Positions 46,643 to 57,647 of a DNA stretch of 64,000 bases are shown here, piece after piece; position 1 is the first letter of the stretch, and every line of letters begins with the position of its first letter. Origin of the DNA: Candidatus Nitrospinota bacterium M3_3B_026 (GTDB taxonomy: Bacteria > Nitrospinota_A > UBA7883 > JBPRGF01); contig JBPRGF010000024.1 of the NCBI GenBank assembly GCA_051418015.1, positions 64,001 to 128,000 on the forward strand. Reading direction: 5' to 3'. Made by a program: the position numbers and the translations under genes. The notes under the pieces are model-generated. The model searched no databases. It was given only the letters and a program-made list of their open reading frames with translations, and was not told the DNA's origin.

Positions 46643-48373
46643 CTAAAGCTCCACCAGCCCGCGCCGGTTGGATACGTAGTCGTGGAGGACGTATTGTGTG
46701 AGGCTGTCCGGCGCGGGGTGGAAGAGCCTGCCCCTGTTTATCTTGAGCATCTTCTTCAAAAACTCCCCCTCGCCGAAATAGCCCGTGTCGAAGTCCGACC
46801 CCAGGGCAAAGGTGGTGATGGCTATCCCCGCCTCCGTGGCGGCGCGGACCTCGCGCAACGTCGCGGAGTACGTCCTGTCTTGCGGCGGATAGGTCAGATT
46901 CAGGACGCCGTTTTCGTTGAAGGCGGTGGGGGCGCCGTCGGTTATCAGGATGACCTCCTTGTTCCGGCCAGGCCGGGCGGCGAGCGTGGAGCGGGCCATC
47001 TCCAGCCCGCGCTGAAGGTTCGTGAAATACCTGGGGACGTGGGCCGGAGCCCTCCGGTGGTCCTTCAGCCCGGCGAGGCTCACCTTCATGTCCACCGCGC
47101 TTCCCATGAAGGTGACGGGCTCCGGCGAAAGGCCCATGATCTCGCCCACGGGTATCCTCCTTGCGAAGCTGGCGAACCCGATAAAGCTAACGGAGTCCTC
47201 CGGGTATTGGCCGCGGATGAGCGCGTCCAGGGCCAGGGCGACCTTCTTGGCGTTGTGGAACCTGCCGAACCTGCTCATGGAGCCGGACATGTCGATCAAA
47301 ACCACCAGCGAGACGCGCGCCGCGCCGCGGGTCTCGTGTGTCTCCATGTCCGCCGGCCTGAAGCGGATGGGGAGCCCGCCGCCTCCTCTCGCCATGGCGT
47401 TTATCATCGTGCCCGGCACGTCGAGATGGGCAAAGGAGTCGCCGAACTCCCATGGGCGCGTTCTCGAAAGCTCCACTGGCCCGTCGCCCGCGGACGGCGT
47501 TATGTGCCCTCCGGCGCCGTCGATCTTCAGGGATTCGAAAACCTGGCGCAGCGTCCGCTCCCCTACCTTGCGCGCGGCGGCTGGGGTGAGCTTGAATACC
47601 CCGTCCTCCTCCTCCACCTGGCCGGTCCGGCTCAAAGCCTTTGAGATGTTTTCCATGATTTCGTCCCTTGCCGCGGCGAAAGCCTCGTAGGCCTCGTCCC
47701 CCAGCGCCTCGCGGAGCGTCTCCTCATCCACGCCGAAGATGTCCCCCCGGTCCCTGGCGTCCTCCAACTCCAGCTGGAGTTTGTCGAGAGCCTCATATCT
47801 TCTGAAAATCCCGCGGGCCATGGAGGCCGGGGGCGCATCGGGGCCATGGAAGCGTTTGCCGTATTTTCCGTAAAAGTCATTGGCTTCCTCCAGAAACTCC
47901 GCCTGCGCCATGGCAGAGTCCAGCTCCTCCAGAAGCTTCCCGTCACGGCGCAGGCTTTTGTCTCTTGAGACGAGCCATTTCGTGTGATAGAACCCGGCGG
48001 CGCTTGAGGCGCGGGAGGCGATCCGTATATCCTCTTTCAGGTCGCCCCTGTCCCGTAATTTTCCGGAAAGGCGCTCCACGGTCTCGTCGAGCTTTCTCCG
48101 CCTTCTCCTCAAAAGCTCCCTGAGATCGTGTTTTCCGTGGATGTCCTCCTTTATCCGCTCGACCTGTTTTATGTATTCGTCCAGCAGGCTTTCCATGTTC
48201 TCGTCGCGGAGGAACTCGTTCACCGGCAGGCCGCTTTCGATGAGGCTTAGCAGGGCCTCGTTGAAATCGACGTGGTGGCGCATCATGATTTCGGCGGCGG
48301 CGCGGATCACGTCGTCGAGGGTGAAGGGGGGCTCTTCCGGCGGCTCCCACTGGCTGTACCTGTGGATTATCAT
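46643..48373 (-). CDS. VWA (MIDAS) domain protein with long helical N-terminus
   Basis: RYSQW start, DMSGSM, TNLQRGL and ITDGAPTA motifs. Confidence 0.85.
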   Translation of the reverse strand: MIIHRYSQWEPPEEPPFTLDDVIRAAAEIMMRHHVDFNEALLSLIESGLPVNEFLRDENMESLLDEYIKQVERIKEDIHGKHDLRELLRRRRRKLDETVERLSGKLRDRGDLKEDIRIASRASSAAGFYHTKWLVSRDKSLRRDGKLLEELDSAMAQAEFLEEANDFYGKYGKRFHGPDAPPASMARGIFRRYEALDKLQLELEDARDRGDIFGVDEETLREALGDEAYEAFAAARDEIMENISKALSRTGQVEEEDGVFKLTPAAARKVGERTLRQVFESLKIDGAGGHITPSAGDGPVELSRTRPWEFGDSFAHLDVPGTMINAMARGGGGLPIRFRPADMETHETRGAARVSLVVLIDMSGSMSRFGRFHNAKKVALALDALIRGQYPEDSVSFIGFASFARRIPVGEIMGLSPEPVTFMGSAVDMKVSLAGLKDHRRAPAHVPRYFTNLQRGLEMARSTLAARPGRNKEVILITDGAPTAFNENGVLNLTYPPQDRTYSATLREVRAATEAGIAITTFALGSDFDTGYFGEGEFLKKMLKINRGRLFHPAPDSLTQYVLHDYVSNRRGLVEL

Positions 48374-48503
48374 GTTGCGCTCCTTTCAGGATATTCTACC
48401 AGCGGTGGATTCCGAAAGTCAGCCTCTCCCCGGGCTGGGCGGGTTGCGCGCCGAGGCATATCCCGTTATCGTATACACGCAAACTTCGGATGGAGGCCGC
48501 TTC

Positions 48504-48938
48504 ATGGTGGAAATAGTGAGGGCTTACACGGCTCGGGAGAACTACAAGGGCAGGGACGCGGTGATCGTGGACTGGTTCTGCCGGGGAAGGGAAACCCCCG
48601 TGGCGCCCTACGAGACGCTCATAGGAAATTACGATGAACTTTCCTACACCGAAAGAGAGCGGGCAGAAGAGCTTGTGGACCATTTCCTCACCGCGGAGGA
48701 GGCCGAACAGTTGCGAAGATACATGGACAGGAAGTTCGGCTTCGAGGTGAAGGTAAAAAAGATGGAGACCCCTTTCGCCGACGGGCGCAAAATCCCCCGT
48801 TTCGCCGAGCCGCCGGAGCCCTCCGCCGAGGGGGAATATCTCGACCTGTCCGCGTCGGACGACTACGACCTGAGCGTCCCCATAATGGGTTATTTCGATC
48901 TCAGCGAGCCCCCCAACCTGGTCTCCCACATGAGCTGA
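48504..48938 (+). CDS. Hypothetical acidic protein
   Basis: GGAGG upstream of the ATG, protein-like composition, and it fills the gap between VWA and ffh. Confidence 0.6.
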   Translation: MVEIVRAYTARENYKGRDAVIVDWFCRGRETPVAPYETLIGNYDELSYTERERAEELVDHFLTAEEAEQLRRYMDRKFGFEVKVKKMETPFADGRKIPRFAEPPEPSAEGEYLDLSASDDYDLSVPIMGYFDLSEPPNLVSHMS

Positions 48939-49138
48939 CGGCGCGCCCGCGATCGCCGGGAGCAAGAGGCGGCGGGCCGGTTTGAAAAATCAAGGTCTTT
49001 CACTATCGCTGGCGCTTCGTTCAGGACGACGAGGGTTTGCGAAACACGGGCAATAACGACGTCCTGGGCCGCAGGCGAAGGACCCCCGCCTTTTTCGAAA
49101 AAATTCCAAACCGGCCCGCTGTCGAATAAAGGGTCTGA

Positions 49139-49167
49139 TGGACAATGGCGGCCTTTCCTGCTAATAT
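49139..49167 (+). promoter_or_regulatory. Putative sigma70 promoter of the ffh operon
   Basis: TGGACA, 17 nt spacer, TAATAT with TGn extension. Confidence 0.5.
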
Positions 49168-49208
49168 TCATCGTTTATTGAAAACATGGTGATTCAAGCG
49201 ATTGTGAC

Positions 49209-50552
49209 ATGTTCGAGAATCTGAGCGGCAGGCTGGAAGGGGTTGTAAAAAGGCTCCGCGGCCTGAACAAGCTTACGGAGGACAACGTCTCCGAAGCCCT
49301 GCGGGAGGTGCGCCTCGCCCTGCTGGAGGCGGACGTCAACACCGCCGTGGTCAGGGAGTTCGTCTCCGAGGTTCGCGCGGAGGTTCTGGGGACGAAGACC
49401 GCCCCCGGCCTGACGCCGGGCCAGCATATGATAAAAGCCGTCCACGACCGGCTGGTGGAGCTTTTCGGGGGCGAGACGGCCGAGATAAACTTCGCCCAGC
49501 GCGGTCCCACGGTCATATTGATGAACGGCCTGCAGGGCTCCGGCAAGACCACCTCCTCGGCCAAGCTCGCAAAAAGGATCCAGAAGCAGGGCTACAGGCC
49601 CCTGATGGTCTCCGTGGACGTCTACCGTCCCGCCGCGATGGAGCAGCTGAAAGTCCTGGGCGCCGACCATGGCATCCTCGTCCATGAAGCATCGCCCGAC
49701 CAGAAGCCCGCGGATATCGTGAAAGGCGCTCTCGGCGCCCTTGAGCGGGAGAACGCCAACGTCCTGCTGGTGGACACCGCCGGACGCCTCCACGTCGACG
49801 ACGGGATGATGGCCGAGCTCGCCGAGATAAAAGAGATTATCGACCCGGACGAGATATTCTTCGTCGCGGACACCATGACCGGCCAGGACGCCGTGAACGT
49901 CGCCAGGGCCTTCAACGAGCAAATCGGGATGACTGGGGTTATCCTTACCAAGCTCGACGGCGACACCAGGGGCGGCGCGGCCCTTTCGGTAAAAAAGGTC
50001 ACAGGCGTCCCCATAAAATTCGTCGGCGTCGGAGAGAAGGTGGACCAGTTCGAGCCCTTCCATCCCGACAGGATGGCAAGCCGCGTCCTGGGCATGGGTG
50101 ATGTCCTCAGCCTGATAGAAAGGGCCCAGGAGAACATAGACCAGAAAAAGGCCGAGGCGCAGGCGAAGAAGATGCTCTCCGCCTCCTTCGACCTGAACGA
50201 TTTCCTGGATCAGCTCCAGATGATAAAGAAGATGGGGCCGCTCGACCAGATAATGAAGATGATCCCCGGGATGGGCTCGGCCATGAAGAACATCGATCCA
50301 GATCCTGACGAGTTCGCCCGCGTGGAGGCTATAATAAGCTCCATGACGCTGAGGGAGCGCGCGCAGCCTGGGATAATAAACAGCTCCCGGAAGAGGCGGA
50401 TAGCCAACGGCAGCGGGACGGAGATGATCGAGGTAAACAGGCTTCTGAAGAACTTCCAGAAGACAAAAAAGATGATGAAGAGCTTCGGCAGGGGAGGGAA
50501 GAAGAAACAGTCCATGATGGACCCCTTCGCCGGGCTTGGATTCGGATCATAG
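49209..50552 (+). CDS. ffh: Signal recognition particle protein
   Basis: ALLEADV, GLQGSGKTT, DTAGR, TKLDGD and M-domain SRKRRIA.GSG motifs. Confidence 0.98.
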   Translation: MFENLSGRLEGVVKRLRGLNKLTEDNVSEALREVRLALLEADVNTAVVREFVSEVRAEVLGTKTAPGLTPGQHMIKAVHDRLVELFGGETAEINFAQRGPTVILMNGLQGSGKTTSSAKLAKRIQKQGYRPLMVSVDVYRPAAMEQLKVLGADHGILVHEASPDQKPADIVKGALGALERENANVLLVDTAGRLHVDDGMMAELAEIKEIIDPDEIFFVADTMTGQDAVNVARAFNEQIGMTGVILTKLDGDTRGGAALSVKKVTGVPIKFVGVGEKVDQFEPFHPDRMASRVLGMGDVLSLIERAQENIDQKKAEAQAKKMLSASFDLNDFLDQLQMIKKMGPLDQIMKMIPGMGSAMKNIDPDPDEFARVEAIISSMTLRERAQPGIINSSRKRRIANGSGTEMIEVNRLLKNFQKTKKMMKSFGRGGKKKQSMMDPFAGLGFGS

Positions 50553-50578
50553 TAAAAACGAGATAAGGAGAAAAAAAC

Positions 50579-50818
50579 GTGTCGGTTGTGTTGAGGCTGA
50601 AACGGATGGGCGCGAAGAAAAAGCCCGTGTACAGGATCGTGGCGGCGGACAGCCGCTCCAAGCGGGATGGGCGCTTCATCGAGGCGGTGGGGCAGTACGA
50701 CCCGTCGAAGGAGAGCGGCCAGGTGACGCTCAAGAAGGACCGGGTCGACTATTGGATAGGCTCCGGGGCGCAGGTTTCGGACACCGTCCGCAGCCTGATA
50801 AAGAAATCCTCGGACTGA
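50579..50818 (+). CDS. rpsP: 30S ribosomal protein S16
   Basis: [30 protein letters not shown]. Confidence 0.98.
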   Translation: MSVVLRLKRMGAKKKPVYRIVAADSRSKRDGRFIEAVGQYDPSKESGQVTLKKDRVDYWIGSGAQVSDTVRSLIKKSSD

Positions 50819-50877
50819 AAACCGCGCGCGCCGCGCTCCGGGAGATGGCGGCGCGTTCATAAAAAACAGGGGGGCGC

Positions 50878-51108
50878 ATGAGAGCGCTTATAGAAAACGT
50901 GGCGCGGGCGCTGGTGGATCATCCTGACCAGGTCTTCGTCGAGGAGGTTACGGAAGGCTCCGTGACGACGGTTGAGCTTCGCGTGGCGCCGGAGGACCTG
51001 GGCAAGGTCATAGGCCGCCGCGGCCGCACGGCCACGGCGATGAGGAGCCTGCTGGCCGCGGCGGCGGCGGGGAAGAATGAGAGAGCCGTCCTGGAAATCC
51101 TGGAATAG
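50878..51108 (+). CDS. khpA: KH-domain RNA-binding protein
   Basis: LVDHPD and DLGKVIGRRGRTA motifs, in the canonical position after rpsP. Confidence 0.93.
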   Translation: MRALIENVARALVDHPDQVFVEEVTEGSVTTVELRVAPEDLGKVIGRRGRTATAMRSLLAAAAAGKNERAVLEILE

Positions 51109-51113
51109 TTTTT

Positions 51114-51677
51114 TTGGCTTCACGCGACGGACGCGACGAAAAGAACGCCGGGGATGACGAGGGGCTGTCGATAGCCTTGGGCAGGCTTATCCGCCCCCAC
51201 GGCCTCAAGGGCGAGATGAAGCTCAAACCTTACGCTTCTGCGGAGACTCTTTCCGCCATGGCCGGAAAACCTGTCACAGTGGAGCCGGAGACGGACGGCC
51301 CGTCCTTTTCCTCCACGCTTGTCAGGACCCGCGGCGTCCACAGTCGCCTCATAGCCAGGATCAAGGGCGTGAACACCCCCGAGCGCGCCCGGGAGCTGAC
51401 GCCCGCCATCCTGAAAGCCCGGCGCGATCTCATGCCAGCCCGCCCCGGTGGAGGGTACTATCCCGAGGAGCTTCTGGGGATGGAAGTCCGCGATATGGAG
51501 GGCGGCAGGATCGGCGAGATAGAGGATGTCTTCCCCGCGGGGGAGAGGGATGTGTGGGTCGTGAGAAAGGACGACGGCTCGGAGATGATGATTCCCCACA
51601 TCCCGGAGATCGTGAAAGAGATTGACATGAAGTCCCGCCGCGCGGTGATAGAGCCGATGGACCAGACGGAGGCCTGA
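51114..51677 (+). CDS. rimM: Ribosome maturation factor
   Basis: G...PHGLKGE, YY..ELLGMEV and MIP motifs, plus gene context. Confidence 0.92.
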   Translation: MASRDGRDEKNAGDDEGLSIALGRLIRPHGLKGEMKLKPYASAETLSAMAGKPVTVEPETDGPSFSSTLVRTRGVHSRLIARIKGVNTPERARELTPAILKARRDLMPARPGGGYYPEELLGMEVRDMEGGRIGEIEDVFPAGERDVWVVRKDDGSEMMIPHIPEIVKEIDMKSRRAVIEPMDQTEA

Positions 51678-52424
51678 ATGCCCCGGTTCGATATCGTCAC
51701 CATTTTCCCCGGGATGTTCGACGGCGTGTTCGACCACTCCATCATCGGGCGCGCGAAGGAAAAGGGGATCGTGGAGATAAACGTCCACGACCTTCGCGGC
51801 TGGACCCGGGACAAACACAAAGTAACCGACGACTACCCCTACGGCGGCGGCGCGGGGATGGTGATGAAGGCGCCGCCTTTCGCCGGAGCGGTGGAGAGCC
51901 TGCGGGCCGAAAACCCCGGCGCGAAGGTCGTCCTGATGACGCCCCAAGGCCGTCTTCTGACGCAGAAGACGGCGGAGGAGTTTTCAGTTCTTCCCGGCCT
52001 TGTCATCCTCTGCGGCAGGTACGAGGGGGTGGACGAGCGCGTCCGGTCTCTTGTCGATATGGAAATATCGATAGGCGACTTTATCCTCACCGGAGGAGAG
52101 ATACCGGCCATGGCGCTGGTGGACGCCGTGGCGCGGCTGGCTCCGGGGGTAGTTGGGGAGGCGGAGTCGATCGTCCGGGAGTCGCACACCGGCGGCCTGC
52201 TGGAGTATCCACAGTACACACGTCCGGCGGAGTTCGCCGGGATGAGGGTCCCGGACGTTCTGCTCTCCGGCGACCATGCGAAGATAGAGGCCTGGCGCAG
52301 GCGGCAGTCGATCATCCGCACCGCCCGGCGGCGTCCGGACCTGCTGGAGAGGGCGGAGCTTACCGAGGAGGAGAGGCGCCTTGCGGAAAAAGAGATCGAG
52401 GCCGGGAGGGGCGGCGTTGAATGA
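51678..52424 (+). CDS. trmD: tRNA (guanine37-N1)-methyltransferase
   Basis: [33 protein letters not shown] and LEYPQYTRP motifs. Confidence 0.97.
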   Translation: MPRFDIVTIFPGMFDGVFDHSIIGRAKEKGIVEINVHDLRGWTRDKHKVTDDYPYGGGAGMVMKAPPFAGAVESLRAENPGAKVVLMTPQGRLLTQKTAEEFSVLPGLVILCGRYEGVDERVRSLVDMEISIGDFILTGGEIPAMALVDAVARLAPGVVGEAESIVRESHTGGLLEYPQYTRPAEFAGMRVPDVLLSGDHAKIEAWRRRQSIIRTARRRPDLLERAELTEEERRLAEKEIEAGRGGVE

Positions 52425-52995
52425 TATCTCGCGCAAACTGGCCGTCGCCCTCGTCCATCACCCCGTCCTGAACCGCCGTGGCGAGGTGGTCACCACCTCC
52501 GTGACCACGCTGGACACCCACGACCTGGCCAGGCTCCTGAGGACGTATGATGTGCCCGATCTTTTCATCGTCACCCCCCTGGCGGCGCAGCGCCGCCTGG
52601 TGGAGAGGCTGGCCCGGCACTGGACGGACGGTTTCGGGGCGGAGCACAACCCCAGCCGCCGGGAGGCGCTGAAGACCCTGAAGGTGGTTGACAGCATCGG
52701 CGCGATGGTTGATAATTTGAAGCTTGACGCCGCGGAGGTGAGGCTGATCTTCACCGGCGCCAGGAAGGCGGAGAACGCCGCGAGCTTCGCCGAGGCGCGC
52801 AGGCTCATAAGGTCGTCGGAGAAGACGGTCTTGTTGCTTGGCACTGGCCACGGTCTGGCTGGCTCCGTGCTGGAGATGGCGGACATGAGGCTGGAGCCGA
52901 TCGAAGGGGTGGGGGACTACAACCACCTTCCGGTGCGCATGGCGGCGGCGATCATGCTGGACAGGCTTGTAAACGGAGAGCGTGAAGGAGAATAG
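52417..52995 (+). CDS. SPOUT-family RNA methyltransferase (DUF2168 type)
   Basis: [23 protein letters not shown] and YNHLPVR.AAAI.LDRL motifs. Start approximate. Confidence 0.85.
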   Translation: MNDISRKLAVALVHHPVLNRRGEVVTTSVTTLDTHDLARLLRTYDVPDLFIVTPLAAQRRLVERLARHWTDGFGAEHNPSRREALKTLKVVDSIGAMVDNLKLDAAEVRLIFTGARKAENAASFAEARRLIRSSEKTVLLLGTGHGLAGSVLEMADMRLEPIEGVGDYNHLPVRMAAAIMLDRLVNGEREGE

Positions 52996-52999
52996 GATC

Positions 53000-53344
53000 A
53001 TGAATCCTATAGTGGAGTTCGTAGAGAAACAGTACATGAAAAAGTCCGTCCCGGCCTTCCGGATCGGCGACACCGTCCGCGTCCACATGCGGATCGTGGA
53101 GGGGGACAAGGAGCGGATCCAGGTCGTGGAAGGGGTCGTGATCGCCCGCAAACACAGCGGGATAAGGGAGACCTTCACCGTCCGCAAGGTGTCGTCCGGC
53201 ATCGGCGTGGAGAGGATTTTTCCGATCCATTCCCCGAGGGTGGAGAAGGTGGAGGTCGTCCGCTCCGGCAAGGTCCGCCGGGCCAAGCTATACTACCTGC
53301 GCGAGCGCAAGGGGAAAGCGGCCAGGCTGGCGGAGCGGTTTTAG
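53000..53344 (+). CDS. rplS: 50S ribosomal protein L19
   Basis: [25 protein letters not shown] and [12 protein letters not shown] motifs. Confidence 0.98.
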   Translation: MNPIVEFVEKQYMKKSVPAFRIGDTVRVHMRIVEGDKERIQVVEGVVIARKHSGIRETFTVRKVSSGIGVERIFPIHSPRVEKVEVVRSGKVRRAKLYYLRERKGKAARLAERF

Positions 53345-53444
53345 CTTTAGTTATTTCCGGACGCCGCCCGTCCGGCCCGAGCGGCGGGCCATGTAAAACG
53401 CCCGGCGAACCCGCCCCGGCGGGCTCGCCTGAGAATTTTGGCCG

Positions 53445-56400
53445 ATGAGCCCGAAGCCTTCGCGAGGGGATTCAGAAAAAACCGACCAGGGGAAAAAGAA
53501 CCGCGCGCGAAGGCGGATCAGGCTGCTGGCTTCCCTTTTCTACCTGACCGCCCTTCTCCTGGCTTTCCTTTACGTCGCCCCCAAGCTCCTCTTTCACGGC
53601 GAAAAATACATCCCCCTGGTGGAGGAGCGCCTTTCGGAGTTGACGGGGGCGGAGGTGACGATCGGGAACATAGGAATAAACCTTCTCGCCGGGCCGCAGG
53701 TCACCCTCGATGACGTTTCGATAGCCCGGGACGGCAGGCCCGTCGTGTCCGCCAGGAGGATCAAAGCAGGCGTCCACCTTTCGAGGAGCATCCTGGAGAA
53801 ATCCGTCAGGCTCGACAGGCTCGACGTAATAGAACCCATGGCGCGTATCGAGCGGAGGGCCGACGGAACCTACAATATCGCCCTCCCCGGCGGGGATGAT
53901 GCTGGAACGGCGGAAGCGGACGGCTCTCAAGCCGCGGCGGCGCTGCTAGGCGCTTTCAGGCGGGTTGAGGTAAAAGGCGGCGCTTTTTACTGGACGGACC
54001 GGAAGGCGGCTCCGGACAGTCCGTTTCACGCCTACGTTTCGGACATTGATCTTCACATCGCCTGGGACACCCTTCTCGGGCCCGGATCCGTCAGGCTGTC
54101 GTTCCGGGCGCACGGGCCGCGTGACGCGGCGGACTTCGGCCTTTCGGGGGGATTTTCGTATCTTGGCGGAGGTTTGTCCGGGGTGGTGTTCAACGGCGGG
54201 TTCTCGCTGGATGAGGCCGACGCGGCGCTCGTGTGGCCATATGTCGAGCCATACCTTCCCTTCGAAAAGCTCGACGCGGTCGTATCGTGGAAAGGCTCGC
54301 TGGACGGCGGTCTGTCCTCCGGCTTCACCTCCAGGGGCGATATTCGGCTGGAGTCGGTAATGGTGAGATACCCGAATGTCTACTCCGCCGACATCAGCAG
54401 GCCGGAGGCGTCCCTTTCATACAATGCCTCTTTTAAAGAGGACTCGTTGTCGTTCGACGAGCTGCGGCTGGCCGCCGGCGGCGTCAGGCTGAGCGCGAGC
54501 GGCGGAATCCTTGGCGTGAGGGGGCCGGACCCTGTGCTTTCGATATCAATGAGCACGAACATGATGGATATAGGAGAGGTCACCGGCTACCTGCCGGATA
54601 AAGCCCTCGCGCCCCAGGCGAACTCCTTTCTCAAGGAGAACGTCGAGAGCGGGAGAGCGGCTCTCAGCAACCTTTCGTTCAAGGGGAGCGTAAGCAGGCT
54701 GGAGGACATGTCCGCCCCCGGCGTTCTGCGTTCGCTGTCCGGGACGCTGAAGGTGGCGGACCTGGGCCTGCGGTTCGAGGGTCTTCTCCATTCGTTCGAG
54801 GACGTCAACGGCTCCGTGACCCTCAGGAACAACAGCCTCATCCTCGCCGGGGTCAAGGGCAGGTACGGCGCCTCCGCCCTGGAGGAGATAAGCGGGACGG
54901 TGAAGGACATAGACCAGGCTCCGAGCTTCAGGCTGTACGTCCGCGGCGGGGTTGACTTCGCCGAGGCGGCGGCGCTGGTGGCCGAAAAGGTCAGCCATCC
55001 GGCTTTCCGCCGCCAGATGAAGAAGGTGAGGCGGGTTGAAGGGACGATGTTCATGGACGCTGAGATATCCGGCGACACCAGGGATCTCGCGTCCACCTTC
55101 TCCGCCAGGGGGAAAGCGAGGCTTGCCGACGTGGGGTTCGAAACCGCCCTTTTCGATCTGCCTGTCCGCGGAGTGGGGGGGGAGATAGAGGGGCGGACGG
55201 ATGATTTTACGATCAAGGAGCTTTTCTGGGAGGCAGGGGATTCGTTTTTCATCCTCACGGGGAACGTCGGGGGGCTCACAAAGCAGAAGCCTTCGTACGG
55301 CCTGGAGCTTATGGGGGCCGTGGCGCTCGAGGACATGAACAAGATAAGGTTTTTGCGGCATGGCAGGGCATACAGCCAGTCCGGCTACGCCGCCCTCGAT
55401 CTCGGGATAAAGGGCGCCGGAGACACCTTCGCCCTCGACTACACGCTGGACATGACCAACGCCGAGTACGGCCTCGGGGGCGCCTTCCATAAGCCGATGG
55501 GTTTCGTGAACCATTATCTTTTCACCGGCTCCGTGAAAGAGGGCAACCAGGTGAAGATCGACCGTCTCACGGCGTATCTCGGGGAGTCCCGTCTGGACCT
55601 TACGGGAAGGGTGGGGCGCTTCCTGAGGGGCGAGGGGATTGACCTGTCCATCGCCTCCGACGGCGTCCTGCTGGACGACCTAGACCCGGTTCTCAAAAAA
55701 ACCTTCGCCGATATCGAAAGCGGCGGCTACATAGCGGGGAAAGTATCCATCAGCGACGGCGGGGAGGATATCCCCGTGAGCCTTTCCGGGAAGTTTTACA
55801 TCCAGAACGCCGACTTCAAGTTGCGCCTGTTCCGTGGCGCGTTCAGGAACGTCGACGGCGAGGTGGAGCTTCTGGACAACAGGATATTCCTGAAAAAGGG
55901 CAGTGGCCGTTTCGGCGAGGGACGGTTCAACGTCGCGGGCAGCGGGATTTTTTACAGGGAAAAGCCCGAGTTCAACCTGAACGTGGAGGCGGACTCGCTT
56001 CACCTCATAGACTTTTTCAGGGAGCCGGGAATGAGGCGGGAGCCGCGACCGGACAAGAAAAGGCCCTATCTCGATGGCGTGTGGAAGGTCTCGGTGAAAT
56101 CCAAGGAAGGGACCATCGGCATGTTGACCTACCAGGACCTCAACGCCGCCATGCGCTACGAGGACAGGCGCTTCCACGTGGAGCCCTTGTCCTTCCTCGC
56201 CCACGGGGGGAGATGGTCCTGGAAGGGGGATATCACCATCAGGGAGGACAAGAAGATCGCCATCGACTCGGAGCTGATGGCGCAGGACATCAGGCTGGAG
56301 CGATTCATGACCGAGGCCCTGAAAACCGGGAAGAAGATAACCGGCCCCCTGAACATCCGCGGCCCCATAAGGAGCGTGGGGGACGGCATGGACGAGATAA

Positions 56401-56960
56401 AGAGGAACCTCGAGGGAAGGCTCGAGGCCAGCGCCGGGGCGGGGGTGATCCATAAATTCAAGGTTCTGGCGAGGATTTTTTCTTTGATTAACGTGACCGG
56501 ATATCTTAAACTTAAACCTCCCGACCTGGATGAGGGGATGCCGTTCAACAGCATAACGGCGAACTTCGACATCAAGGACGGTGTGGCCACGACTGGCGGC
56601 CTTTTCGTGGACTCCGACGCCATGAGGATGATGGCGGTCGGCGATTACGATATCGCGGACAAGCAAATCGCGATGACAGTTGGAGTGATGCCGTTGCCGA
56701 CGTGGGACAAGGTGATTAGCTCCATCCCGCTGGTGGGGGGCGTCCTGACCGGCAAGGAGAAAAGCCTGCTGGCGAGCTATTACGAGGTTACGGGTGATAT
56801 AGCCGACCCGAAGGTCAAACCCGTTCCCATAGAGTCCCTCGCCGCGGGAGTCGCCGGGATACTGAAGCGGCTCATAGAGTTGCCCGTGACAACCATAAAA
56901 AAGCTGGACGAGGCTCTGACGCCATCGGGGAAGAAGACCCCCGCTGAAAAGGCGAAGTGA
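53445..56960 (+). CDS. AsmA-like / YhdP-family envelope-bridging protein
   Basis: N-terminal TM anchor, long beta-rich body, and AsmA_2-like C-terminus (F.SITANF.IKDG...IPLVG..L.G). Confidence 0.85.
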   Translation: MSPKPSRGDSEKTDQGKKNRARRRIRLLASLFYLTALLLAFLYVAPKLLFHGEKYIPLVEERLSELTGAEVTIGNIGINLLAGPQVTLDDVSIARDGRPVVSARRIKAGVHLSRSILEKSVRLDRLDVIEPMARIERRADGTYNIALPGGDDAGTAEADGSQAAAALLGAFRRVEVKGGAFYWTDRKAAPDSPFHAYVSDIDLHIAWDTLLGPGSVRLSFRAHGPRDAADFGLSGGFSYLGGGLSGVVFNGGFSLDEADAALVWPYVEPYLPFEKLDAVVSWKGSLDGGLSSGFTSRGDIRLESVMVRYPNVYSADISRPEASLSYNASFKEDSLSFDELRLAAGGVRLSASGGILGVRGPDPVLSISMSTNMMDIGEVTGYLPDKALAPQANSFLKENVESGRAALSNLSFKGSVSRLEDMSAPGVLRSLSGTLKVADLGLRFEGLLHSFEDVNGSVTLRNNSLILAGVKGRYGASALEEISGTVKDIDQAPSFRLYVRGGVDFAEAAALVAEKVSHPAFRRQMKKVRRVEGTMFMDAEISGDTRDLASTFSARGKARLADVGFETALFDLPVRGVGGEIEGRTDDFTIKELFWEAGDSFFILTGNVGGLTKQKPSYGLELMGAVALEDMNKIRFLRHGRAYSQSGYAALDLGIKGAGDTFALDYTLDMTNAEYGLGGAFHKPMGFVNHYLFTGSVKEGNQVKIDRLTAYLGESRLDLTGRVGRFLRGEGIDLSIASDGVLLDDLDPVLKKTFADIESGGYIAGKVSISDGGEDIPVSLSGKFYIQNADFKLRLFRGAFRNVDGEVELLDNRIFLKKGSGRFGEGRFNVAGSGIFYREKPEFNLNVEADSLHLIDFFREPGMRREPRPDKKRPYLDGVWKVSVKSKEGTIGMLTYQDLNAAMRYEDRRFHVEPLSFLAHGGRWSWKGDITIREDKKIAIDSELMAQDIRLERFMTEALKTGKKITGPLNIRGPIRSVGDGMDEIKRNLEGRLEASAGAGVIHKFKVLARIFSLINVTGYLKLKPPDLDEGMPFNSITANFDIKDGVATTGGLFVDSDAMRMMAVGDYDIADKQIAMTVGVMPLPTWDKVISSIPLVGGVLTGKEKSLLASYYEVTGDIADPKVKPVPIESLAAGVAGILKRLIELPVTTIKKLDEALTPSGKKTPAEKAK

Positions 56961-56985
56961 GAGGAGAACAGGAGAGTTTGGGACG

Positions 56986-57627
56986 ATGGAGCTTGAGAGT
57001 ATAAAGAAAATCTACAACGGTTACGCTTCCGTCTACGACCTGCTGTTCAAGGGGTTTTTCCATCCGCGCCAGAAGCTGGCCCTCAACTCTCTTGACATAA
57101 AGGAGGGCGACCGCGTGCTGGACGTCGGCGTGGGGACGGGTCTCACCCTGCCTTTGTATCCGAGGAACTGCGAGGTCTGGGGGGTCGACATTTCCGTGGA
57201 CATGCTCAAGCAGGCCCGGAAAAAGGTGGAGAGGATGGGCCTGGACAACGTCCACATCATGGAGATGGACGCCTGCGACCTCCAGTTCGATGACGATTTT
57301 TTCGACTTCGTGGTGGCCACGCACATAATAAGCGTCGTACCGGAGCCGTACAGGGTCATAGCGGAGATGCGCCGCGTGGGCAAACCGGACGGAAAACTGG
57401 TCATAGTGAACCATTTCGTCTCGTCGAACCCAGTCATAGCGAAGGTGGAAAACATCTGCGATCCGCTTTTCAGGAAGCTGGGCTGGAGGATGGACATGAC
57501 GCTGGAGGACCTTATAACCGAGACGGACCTGCGCGTGTACAAGACCGACAAGCTCAGCAAGATAGACCTCTGGAAGATAGTCCACGCCCGCAACAACAAA
57601 AGCCCCGCCTGCGGCGCGGGCAACTGA
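56986..57627 (+). CDS. Class I SAM methyltransferase, PmtA-like phospholipid N-methyltransferase
   Basis: Y..YA.VYD..F, LDVGVGTGL, MDA, SVVPEP and IVNHF motifs resemble Rhodobacter-type PmtA. Confidence 0.7.
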   Translation: MELESIKKIYNGYASVYDLLFKGFFHPRQKLALNSLDIKEGDRVLDVGVGTGLTLPLYPRNCEVWGVDISVDMLKQARKKVERMGLDNVHIMEMDACDLQFDDDFFDFVVATHIISVVPEPYRVIAEMRRVGKPDGKLVIVNHFVSSNPVIAKVENICDPLFRKLGWRMDMTLEDLITETDLRVYKTDKLSKIDLWKIVHARNNKSPACGAGN

Positions 57628-57647
57628 CCGCCGCTTTCGCCCGGCTC

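Noticed and set aside
53362..53430. GC-rich hairpins after rplS as a terminator or ncRNA
   Set aside because: There is no U-tract and no recognisable RNA family features. They may be simple stabilising stems.
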